DNA of 64,000 nt from contig NIVC01001549.1 in the NCBI GenBank assembly GCA_002269645.1, positions 205,411 through 269,410 on the forward strand. The letters are read 5' to 3'. Every line of letters begins with the position of its first letter. Position 1 is the first letter of the stretch. This DNA comes from Macrostomum lignano (Eukaryota). This document shows, one piece after another, positions 1 through 9,888 of the stretch. The translations under genes and the position numbers were made by a program. The notes under the pieces are model-generated. The model saw nothing but the letters and a program-made list of their open reading frames with translations. It was not told the origin of the DNA and did no database searches.

Positions 1-157
1 AAGAAAAGTCATAGAAGAAACCATGCGAGTTAAAGCAGCCATATTACAACTATAATAAGTGATAGTTAGGCAAAATATTTTGGGAAAATTAAGTGACTCC
101 GTACATAATCTTTTGCACTTGTAGTAACGAAGGTTATTAGAGAAAAAAATTCAGATC

Positions 158-1834
158 TTAGCGATGGTTCTTCGACCAGCGTACATGCGGAGCATCGTCG
201 CTTTCCTCTGACAGATCTCTCTGGTGACTGTGGCTCTCTTTTTGTCTTCCATGTCGTGCTCTACGAGTGGCAGCAATGCAATCAGCGCATTCAAACGTCT
301 GTGCGTGCAACGACAAGGTCACATAGGGACATTGGAAAAGCATTTCCTGACGGCTCTGCGTTGGCTGCAGTCTGTTGCCTTCGCGGCACCAATGGCGTGG
401 GCGAGAGGCTGCCGTCCTCCGATCTGAAATAGACGTTACCTGATCCCTCTTTTGCGACTTTTGAAATGCCGGTCTGTCTGAGTTATTCTGTAGACGATGC
501 AGAATACTCGGTTGGACCAAACGAATCTCATCGTCTTCCTCACGGCACGTCTCATCGTCAGGCTCATCTTGATAAAATTTACCAATTTCATAGGGCATTT
601 TGCTCCTGTCTTGCCTTTCGTATCGCCTAATTCTTTCGGGCCACCCTAAGTCACTCGATGCATTATTTCCAGAATAAATTTTGTCCATTCGACGCTCTGG
701 ATGACGCAAGGTTTGCTCCAACTGCGGCTGTTCTTTTGCAGGAAATTCCAGAGTTCTCTTAGGTTTCTGTTTTGGTAGCTCTTGCCTCTGAGGCTGATGA
801 CTTTGTGGCTGCAGGACCGCAGACTGTTGAGGCTTCTGGCCTGACTGTCGAGTATTTACTGGTTTTCGTCGATCGTCAACGTAGATTTCGTTTTGGTTGG
901 ATACATTTTGCTCGTAGTCCCAGTTGGTGAAGTCGTTCCGTCGTTCATCCCTGTTGCTACGGCGAGACTGAGACTGCCGTTGCTGCTGCTGAGATTGTGG
1001 CAAATAATGCAGAGATGGTGAAAGCGGCATTGACGTCCGAGGAGACATTTCAGATTGCAGTGGCAAATTGTAGTCAGCGTTGCATTTTGGCTCTTTTTGC
1101 GGTCTCTGCAGCTGACGATGCTGCTTCCGGTTGGATGTGTTCTTGTTTTGTCTAGCGATTCTAGCAAACTTTTTGGCGTAATACTTTGGATCAAAATTAG
1201 TTTGGTCATCGCTCATTTCCACTGAAGAATTATCCGACGCGGTGAGAGGAGAGAGAGCCACCTGGTAGGCAACTTTTGAGCTCTGCTGCTTTCCTCCGCT
1301 TCTTTCACATGGGTCTTTTGACATTAACTGCCGCATGTGAGGGCTGCACAGCTGCATGAAGCGGCCTTTCATCGATCCTCTTTGCTGGGGCTGAGCTGGC
1401 TTGCTTTGCTTATTTTGTAACAGCAAAGAATTTGAAGGCAGTCTGCCTGTCCTGCCGCTTAACAGGCTGCGATACTGCTCTTGGAAGAAATCTTCGGAAC
1501 CGCTAGAAACATTGCTGGCGTTGTCCTTGCCGATTGGACTACGCGGATTTCTGGGTCCGATGCTGCCCAGATTTATAAGTTCACCGCTTTCTTGACTGCT
1601 AAAGTCGCGGTCTCTACTGGCGCTTCTTTCAGAATAGGACAACGCCTCCTGTATTTCGTTTAGTCTACTCGGGTTCTGATCGTAATTGTTGCTAAAAGAC
1701 TGCCCAGAAAGACGCGGGCGTCGCGTCTGGCACAATCGGCTGTCCAATTGGCTGCAGCCCTGCTGGCTGCCGTTTTGGCGTCGTCTTCTTCGGCCTCCAG
1801 CGGCGCGACACGAAGGTAGCACTTTTGTTGGCAT
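158..1834 (-). CDS. Hypothetical 558-aa low-complexity, probably disordered Q/S/R/P-rich protein
   Basis: Uninterrupted 558-codon ATG-started ORF in non-repetitive sequence. No recognisable domain; one Cys/His cluster (CPYVTLSLHAQTFECADC) near the C-terminus. Introns at the 3' end cannot be excluded. Confidence 0.6.
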   Translation of the reverse strand: MPTKVLPSCRAAGGRRRRRQNGSQQGCSQLDSRLCQTRRPRLSGQSFSNNYDQNPSRLNEIQEALSYSERSASRDRDFSSQESGELINLGSIGPRNPRSPIGKDNASNVSSGSEDFFQEQYRSLLSGRTGRLPSNSLLLQNKQSKPAQPQQRGSMKGRFMQLCSPHMRQLMSKDPCERSGGKQQSSKVAYQVALSPLTASDNSSVEMSDDQTNFDPKYYAKKFARIARQNKNTSNRKQHRQLQRPQKEPKCNADYNLPLQSEMSPRTSMPLSPSLHYLPQSQQQQRQSQSRRSNRDERRNDFTNWDYEQNVSNQNEIYVDDRRKPVNTRQSGQKPQQSAVLQPQSHQPQRQELPKQKPKRTLEFPAKEQPQLEQTLRHPERRMDKIYSGNNASSDLGWPERIRRYERQDRSKMPYEIGKFYQDEPDDETCREEDDEIRLVQPSILHRLQNNSDRPAFQKSQKRDQVTSISDRRTAASRPRHWCREGNRLQPTQSRQEMLFQCPYVTLSLHAQTFECADCIAATRRARHGRQKESHSHQRDLSEESDDAPHVRWSKNHR

Positions 1835-2348
1835 TGTTCACATTGAATTTCAAAGTTCGTGCTTAAGGCGAACTCTATAGTTTACTATGAGTTCTTCATC
1901 GGTGAGGCTTTTAAATTATTCACCATAGACTACTGATGGTTGTCTTCTAAATCTTATTATCATGAAAGTACGAATCTAAGGCTTCAAAAAAGGATGTCAA
2001 CTTCGTCCGTAATAGGAATCGGAATATCAGAGCGGCTGTTTCGCTATCGGACTCAACTAGTGAACTGATGGGTGTCCTCGTAAAATAGGAAGTCCCTCCA
2101 AAAAGTCATGGCTTCAATTCATTTGCTGATACCTCCGCGAAAACGCATGATTTATGTTTTTTGCATAAAAACGATTACATCTTGTAGTTTTTGGGTGCAG
2201 TTAAATTATTTTTTTCTGAATAGAAAACATCAAACTGTAGGGTAATTTTGGGGCTTAGTAAGAGTGTTTTATACATATTACAGAGTTGATTATAATACGG
2301 AGAATAGGTTAGTCGATAATCGATAGTAAGATGTGAAGGTAAATAAAA

Positions 2349-2354
2349 TTTATT
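2349..2354 (-). terminator. Candidate polyadenylation signal (AATAAA) of the ANK-cGLR gene
   Basis: AATAAA on the minus strand about 125 nt downstream of the stop at 2479; the region is AT-rich, so it may be chance. Confidence 0.35.
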
Positions 2355-2478
2355 AAAGTGTTTGAACTAAAGAGCGGTAATTTAAATTTTCTGCTGGCAA
2401 TACCTATCATAGTCGCTTTATGTCTGCCAATGGATTTCATCAATTATTAAAGATGGAGCATGGCAAAAAACAACTATT

Positions 2479-4001
2479 TCAGCCGCTGTTGAGACAGTTC
2501 CTGAAATTTTGCAAAATTTTTTTTAAAAGAAAGTACGTTTTTAAACGTAAACCAATGATAAAAACATGCCTACTCACATCCAGTCTCTTTTTTATTTCCT
2601 CCTGCACGATGTTTGGAACCCAGTGACGAACTGGCTTCCGAAGTAGGCGCAACAGTAGCTCCTGATCAGGGCAATACCGGGCACTGATTGCAATTTCCTG
2701 CAGGTCTGCGCCATTGCGATCAGCAACTGCTTGAATCCACAGGTAAGTGCGCTCGTCGCTAGGGACAAACTCGAGGCGCAAACCATGCAGCAAGGCGTCA
2801 AAGTTAACAAAATAATACGTATTCATGTTTGACAGCTGCAATGGAAAGCATTCGGAGAAAAATCTGGGCAGAAAGTCAAGCAAAGGCTGCCGGCTGAACT
2901 TGAAGCAAAACTTCCAAGCCGAATCACTGTTCGACAGGTGGTTCCGGACGAGATCTTCTGTGGCGTTATTTGCTGTCATTCTTGCGGACCAATCGATTCC
3001 AAGGCTCACAGGAAACTGCCCAAAGTCAGTCAGAATTTTCACTGCAGCCTCTCGTTGTCCCAACTTGAGACAGTTGAGCGCTCTGAGAGTCTCCCTAGCG
3101 GAGCGAGCGCAGTCTGGCAGTCGATCAGTTAACTCAGCAACTGTCTGCTGCGAATAAGCCTCGCTTTTCGCTGCGCTCAGTAAGTACAAGCAACGCCTTA
3201 CCACACCGTAGATCTCGTGGTATTTTAGCTCTTTAGACTGGGACATCGACCCAGGAAGATGTGGCAGAATTTGAAACGGGTGAAAGTAAAACACACCAGT
3301 CTCACCAAGTGGCTTCAAACTGTTCTTGTATTCTTCTAGATATTGCGGCAGGTTCCTGATCACCGTTTGCACGGCCTCCATTACAGTCTGCAAGGCTTGA
3401 ATAACATCTTGCGGACTTTGTAAACTTAATCCTTTCAAATACAAGCTAGCATCGCACAGAAAGAAATGATTCATTATTCTCCCGTTTAAATTATTTTCCG
3501 TACAGTTTTCTTTGATACTGTCGTATAGAACTTCCAAGGAGCGCTTAATAAGGTTTATTAGATTCTTCGGATATTTCCAAGCTTCCACAGGGGTTTCTTC
3601 GACCAATCGAAATGTCAAGGTTTTAGCGTGATAAGACTTCAAGCCTTGAATGTTTAATTTATCTTTGTTACCAATAACCTTCTTGACGAGATACTTGAGC
3701 GAGACAAAGACCTGTCCCTGCAAAGTAGTCAGACTTCTCAGCAGTCGCTTCTCCAGAAAAGTTGTGCTCACCCTGAGCTGCTGGCCAGCCATGCCGGCTG
3801 GGGCTGCGTGGACGATATGACACGGAGAGTCAACCAACTCGTCCTGGAGTGACTTCAGCACGGACTCGAGGATATTCGAGCGCCGCAATCGTTCCGGTAA
3901 AAAAATCGCGATTGGAGGATAGCAGCAGAGGCGACAGGCGTCAACATTGTCCACGGCGGGCTTGAGCTCAGACCCGTTGATCGGTTTGGCTGGATTCGAC
4001 G
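2479..4001 (-). CDS. Exon 3: Mab-21/cGAS-like core and C-lobe plus about 250-aa helical extension
   Basis: LRVSTTFLEKRLLRSLTTLQGQVFVSLKYLVK..GLKSYHAKTLTFRLVEETPVEAW..IMNHFF matches the Mab-21/cGAS pattern (RxSFSxxEKxL..LK..SYHxKT..W..HFF). The third acidic residue lies in VDNVDA. Confidence 0.85.
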
Positions 4002-7000
4002 CTGTGGAGAAATAAATGGCAAATTCAAATGAAAATAACTTTCGGATACATATAGAATTTGTGAAGCATCCGTTTAAATAAATATTCATGTGCTTGTTTT
4101 ACTAGTCGAACATTTTCTGCATTATAAAACATTTAACAAAAGTACATCTACGCCATTCAACTCATAATTTACTTTTTGCCTTAATTGAACACGGCAAAAG
4201 ATCGCCCACTGATAACTAATTTCAAAGGTGTGTGTGTACGGGTATTGGCTCCGCGATTTAGATCAGCAAACGAGAAGTGAACGCTCGGAAAACGATGCTG
4301 GTCGATCGTAACTTCGAACCTCGATCTACAACATGGAGTCTTGCACCTTTGAACTAGAAGTAACGCTCCTGTTTTTTTCTGTCCCAGTTTTAATGGCAAC
4401 TGTCCTTTGTGAACTTTTGATTGGTAAAAACTTATTAGCTGAGTTTATATCCTCCTGCTCTTTTGTCTGTAAAGAGTTTACCTAGTTTAGTAAAACATAG
4501 CAATTAGCCCTATCAAGTAACCAGGGTACACACAAGGCCACAACCCTTTTGGGAATGTTTTTAAGGTTTTCTTTAGTAGGCCAGGTGCTCCCATAGACTT
4601 CGAAATGGCATAAAGTGAAATTAACTCTTACCAAATCCGGAAACGACAATATGACCATCTGCGTACTCCACTTTATCCGACTCGGGTATTTCCGGGCAGC
4701 GACACGCACCTTTCAAGTGATACAGTCTGCCCGGAATCAGCTGCATCATATCGATGTCTGATTCGCTATCTGTACTGCCGTCAAGTACGGACAAATTGTT
4801 CCCCCAGCCTTCCGAGTAACTACCAACAATGTAATATCCATCGTACGAGTTCATATCGCGAACAATCTGCTGTAGTACATCCGCAACAGCCGTTTGAAGT
4901 GCAACCCTGGAGTCTACAAAGCCTGACAGACGGAGGGCTGAGTGCAGTTCCTCGCTCTGCTGTGAGACGTCTTGCTGGCTGCAAAATTATTATTGTATTG
5001 AAGTTTTCTGTACGTATAATCGAAGTCGCTGTTCGATATAGCGACTTTTGTTTACAGATTCATCCGTGTTTTTATTCATTTGCTAATACCAGCTTCGTCG
5101 CTATTCAAACCGTACGTCAAAACCTGTTTTCCTAATATGATAAATTAATCAGTATTTCCCCTGGTTTCGTTGCTTTCTAAATATCATTCATATTGATTCT
5201 CCCAAAATCTCTAGCTGCACACCTACAGGTAATAGAAGAACTAAATATACCTTTTTTCCAGACGCTCTACCTTTACAGTAGATAAACTACAGAGGTAAAA
5301 ACTATGACTATTATACATGTAGAATCAACCAATTTTCTGTGGACAGACAGAGGCATTCAGAAATAAAAAAAACATAGATGCTTACCCATCTGATTTTTCC
5401 ACAGAATTCGTACTATCTTTAGCTTGGTCCGAAGAATCAGATTTCGACAAGATCTCTTCCACATTCGCTAGCGCCTTTTTTAGCAATGCGATTACTTTAT
5501 AGTGCCGATTTTGCGAAGCAATGAAAACCGGTGTCGCTTTGTAGCTTGTCTGAATCGTTGGGTCTGCCTGTGCTTTAAGAAGCGCATCAACCACACTCCC
5601 GTGACCTTTCTGCGAGGCAATAAAGAGCGGCGTTTCTCCTGTAATTAGCTGTTAATTCACGCTTGCTTGAGCTGTTAAAAGCAGTTGCACAACGTTGCGA
5701 TGGCCGAATTGTGACGCGACGTAGAGCGGCGATGCGCCTGTTTCAGAGCAGGCGTCGATGTCTGCACCTGCTTTTAGTAGCAAGCGCACAATTTGGTAGT
5801 GTCCATTTTGTGATGCAATATAGGCCGGTGTCTCTCCGATTTTTGATTGAAGATTAACGTCGGCTCGAGCTTGGATAAGAGACTCGACAACTCTTAGGTG
5901 ACCGTTTTGTGCAGCGATATACAACGGCGTTGCACCGGACTTCGCCTGGAGACTAACATTTGCACCGGATCTAATAAGCAGGTCTACAACAATGCAATGA
6001 CCTTCTTGCGATGCCGTGTAGATGGGTGACAGGCCGCTTCTTGATTGCAAGTTGACTTCGGCTTCGTTCTCGATTAGGCCTTTAACTATTTTATAATGAG
6101 CGTGTTGTGCTGCCACAAGCAACGGTGTCTGACCGAGCTGGTCTTGGGCATTAACCTGAGCTGCGGCTCTAATAAGAGAGCGGACTACCCTTAGATGTCC
6201 ATTTTGCGACGCAATAAATATTGGCGTTGCGCCTGAATTTGTTTGAATGTGAATATCCGCGTTTGCTGCGATTAGCAGATCAACCACAAGGTTGTAACCT
6301 TTCTCGGCTGCGATGTATATTGCTGAAGCTCCATTGTTTCTCTGCAAATTAAGATCAGCCTGCCGCTCGATGAGCAGCCGAACGACCTCCGGGTGGTTTA
6401 ACTGAGAAGCTATAAACAGTGGTGTCACCCCGTGACTTTCCTGAACGTCGCAGGTGGCTTGCGCTTTCAGTAGTACCTTCACCACTTCACCGTGGCCCAT
6501 GAGAGATGCAATAAACAGTGGTGATTCACCGGAACTTCTTTGAAGGTTTATATCGGCTTGAGCATTGATGAGCAATTCGACTGTGTTAGCATGACCCTTC
6601 TGTGAAGCGATGTAAATTGGTGTTGCGCCCAAATTTTCTTGCATGTTTACATCAGCTTGAGCTTTGATTAGCTCATCTACAACTCTGATGTAGCCATTCT
6701 GGGAAGCCGTGTACAGTGGCGATGATCCAAATGAGATTTTCTTCGCGTCAACATTAGCGCGTGCCAAAATCAGACGCCTGACAATATCGTGATGGCCACT
6801 TTGGGATGCAATCCAAATTGGAGTGATGCCATTGGTAGTTGCTAAATTCACATCCGCATTGGCTTTAATCAGAGCCTGCACAATAAAACAGCGGCCCTGC
6901 TCTGATGCAATATAAACTGGTGTTGATCCGGAAACGGTTCGAATATTTACATCAGCTTGATAGTCGATCAGCAAATTTACAACGGCAAGGTGACCCTCCT

Positions 7001-7337
7001 TGGACGCTAAGTAGAGAGGAGAAATGCCAAAGCTGTTTTGCAGATTGACGCTGGCACCGAAGTCAATCAGGACTCGAGCCGCATCAGTGCGTCCCTCTCG
7101 ACTGGCTAAATGTAGAGTGGAGGTGCACATTCTGTCTCCAGTGGGCAGCACCAGTCGGTCAATGTCGGTCCTAGATTTCAATGCCGTTTCCAAGTCGCGT
7201 AAATTTCCATGCTTGATAGCCTGCAGTAAAAATTCTTCAACAGCAGAATCTTTCCAGTCTTGTTTAGTAGAATCGCCAATAGCTTGCATCAAAGCTGATA
7301 GTGCTAGCTTTAAAAGTACACCAACAGCTAGCTGCAT
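2479..7337 (-). CDS. Ankyrin-repeat / Mab-21 (cGAS-like receptor, cGLR) nucleotidyltransferase fusion gene; exons 7337-5386, 4978-4632, 4001-2479; about 1273 codons with one in-frame TAA at 5652-5654
   Basis: Donor GATGG|GTAAGC (5385) joins acceptor ttttgcag|C (4978) in phase 2 (GG+C=Gly). Donor TTTG|GTAAGA (4631) joins ttctccacag|CG (4001) in phase 1 (G+CG=Ala). Exon lengths 1952+347+1523=3822 nt, divisible by 3. Motifs GSYSEG..SDID, VDNVDA, EKRLL, LKSYHAKT and HFF are present. Confidence 0.8.
4632..4978 (-). CDS. Exon 2: nucleotidyltransferase catalytic loop of the cGLR
   Basis: Encodes QQDVSQQSEELHSALRLSGFVDSRVALQTAVADVLQQIVRDMNSYDGYYIVGSYSEGWG..DSESDIDMM, i.e. the GS..EG + DxD motif. Canonical AG and GT boundaries; an in-frame stop lies just upstream of the acceptor. 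Confidence 0.85.
5386..7337 (-). CDS. Exon 1: ankyrin repeat array (about 17 repeats plus N-cap), interrupted by in-frame TAA at 5652-5654
   Basis: 33-aa repeats TPL(Y/F)IASQxGHxxVVxxLIxAxADVNLQ. Fifteen repeats precede the TAA and two more (ETPLFIASQKGH, ATPVFIASQNRH) follow in the same frame as ORF 5382-5594. Confidence 0.9.
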
Positions 7338-8050
7338 GATTATGTCAAAACATTAGCAATGGTGAAACCAGTATAATTTGTTGGTAATTTTTTCTGGCCT
7401 TTTTACAAATAAAGTTTGTCTGATCTTGTTTTACGAGTATTAAAAATTCCTGTCTTGCAATAAGAGACACTCCTAAGGCTTCAGCAAGTGCTTTTCAGTT
7501 CCTACAGTGTACGCAAAGGCGCAAGGCTGTACAGTGGGGTAGGGAAATAGTGCGTACAAAATGCTTCCATTTTTCCTGAGCGGACTATCTTTTTCAGACC
7601 TCAATCGTACAATGCACGCGTACTAGACGTCTTTTTAAATACTATTTAATATTTTTGGATGAACTTGCTGAAGGCTCGTTTGTACCGTGGTCATGAGGGG
7701 CTGAAAATTGCGTCGCTGTTAAAGTTCGTGGCGCTGCAATGTACAGTGGACGTACCAGGTAAATATGCGTTCAGAGAAGCAATCAATAATCATTCAATAG
7801 CTTTTCTGCACGGGCGTGCGACAATTAGACTTAATAAAAGTGCTGAATTAGCACATTTGAAAAGACACCTTATCGTAGTTTTAAGAAAGTCGAAAAGCAA
7901 TATTAGAGCAATATAAAAAAGTTTACTACGTTTCCCGATGGCTACTCATGCTAGTAGTATTATCCGAATTTTATCTTCCTAAAGATTCAAGCTGCCGCCA
8001 TAAAATCTGCTTGGGAATAATAAAAAAAACGGCTGATTACACTTGCCCGA

Positions 8051-8315
8051 ATGTGCAACCGACAGCTCAGCCGCAGCTATTGCGCGGCGCATCTGAAGGC
8101 TGCGTACGGCTGTTCAGTCCAAGGACTGGGGAGTCGCCTGTCACCACACACACCTTCAATTACCCCAGCTAATGCTGGCACCCATTTTACAGTTGAGTAA
8201 ACTGAAGCAATTGAGAGTTAAGTTTCTTACTAAAGGACACAAATTGTTCCGAGTGGGTCGAGAATCGAACCCCGACCTTACAGTCATGACTCTATAACCA
8301 CCAGGCTAAAACTAC
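8051..8315 (-). mobile_element. tRNA-derived SINE, copy 1
   Basis: Near-identical to 20918-21179 and the reverse complement of 41945-42210; tRNA-like head with A/B-box remnants at the high-coordinate end. Confidence 0.75.
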
Positions 8316-9888
8316 TTTGGGAATAAATTTCAGAAGGACACTTAACTTGAAAAGAAGCGCTGTGCAACTCATTAGCTTGAAAACCATCGGCATAGGCCAA
8401 TTTTCGGAAACTTTCAAGTCAAAGCTGGAAATACCTGTAGAAAATAGACGATTATGTTGAAAGTTTTTAAAGTGCTAATAAATTATTGAAGTCAAGGCAG
8501 CGAAAATTGCCTACCAAAAGTCTACACTACCTCCAAACCCAGTTGTAACAGCCATCCTTACGTCTCAGGAAGAAATAAATTCTCAATTTTAGTAACGCGG
8601 GTTCAAATTTTGGCCACCCACCGGCAAGCGGACTAAGTTTATTGCTAGCAAGGCATGCAGTCAGCTATGAACTTTTCTTAGCGACAGTTTTATGACTGGG
8701 TGAGCTAACCCCCCCCCCCCTGTGGAATTGCTTTGCTAATACTTAATGCAGGAGATAGCGAGGAGTTATTTCTTGCTAGAATTTATTTCTACAGTTTCAT
8801 AAAGTAAATCGTAAACAGTTCTAGCAAAATAAATCAAGATGTATACTTAGGCTGTTGTTTAATTACTTCCAATGCGTAATCTGCATAGTATGCAAAAGTG
8901 CACGCATAGCACTCGCTATCATGCTTACATGTAGGTGTCTCGATTCCAAATAATGCAATTTTTCACGGATCTCGGAATTGCCATTTCGACTCTGACAAAA
9001 GATTTACGATTCGCATTCCGCATTGAAATGATTTATGGCGGCAGAGGAGTCTGCTTCTCTGTACATGGACAAGCAACCCTCCAGCTTGTGCTTTCTAGTC
9101 TTTGCAAATCTGTAGGCTTATAGGAACTATACTAGACAGTTTCCAAAGATTATGAAATATCTGGAACGTCTTTGAATTATGATATCGGAACACATGTATT
9201 TGCACGGAAGCTAAGTCAAACTATAATATACAATTAGTTACGTACATTGTACTTATCCTGAAATAATAATATTTTCGGCAATAGGCATGGATAGCACACG
9301 CTGCAGTAGTGTCAGAGACAAGAGACAATACCAATCGAGAATTATTAATAAATCCAATGAAGATTGTGACAAAATGATTTAATGGGAAGAAATGGTTACA
9401 TATATAAAAAGCAGAAGCAGTTCTTACTAAAAGAAGAAGCCGCAAAGAAAGAGCCGGTAGCTACTAGCTTTGCTACACAAGATAGAACAAGCTCGACGGA
9501 GTTGAACCGTAAGAGCCTCAATACAAAAAACATAATTGAGTACACATAATAGTGAGGGAAATTTGATTTTGTGAAGTCAACCTTGAAAATTAAAGCTGCG
9601 TCGCGATCAATACTGGAAATTTTCTGGGCCTTATGAAGCCCTAATATACGGTCGACTCAAGCAGAGTTTTCTCCAAACCGGCCTCAAACGAAATTTGTAC
9701 AGTGTTAGAGTGTAGCGGCATTTTACTTTAGTAGTCAATGGCCCAGTACGTAATATTATTATAGAAATAGGCAGCATTTTCGAATGGCTTGCTTAGTTGC
9801 TTATCAATAGAATTGTGATAATGATAGCTCGTACTAACTAGTAACAATGCCCATAGTGCGTCACTGCTCGTTACCAAAATCGTTCAAA

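Noticed and set aside
4002-4089. N-terminus of ORF 2479-4089 (MNIYLNG..)
   Set aside because: Intronic; the true exon starts at the acceptor at 4001, in phase with the catalytic exon.
5649-5660. 12-nt GT..AG micro-intron (GTGAATTAACAG) that would remove the TAA in frame
   Set aside because: Far below the minimal spliceosomal intron size.
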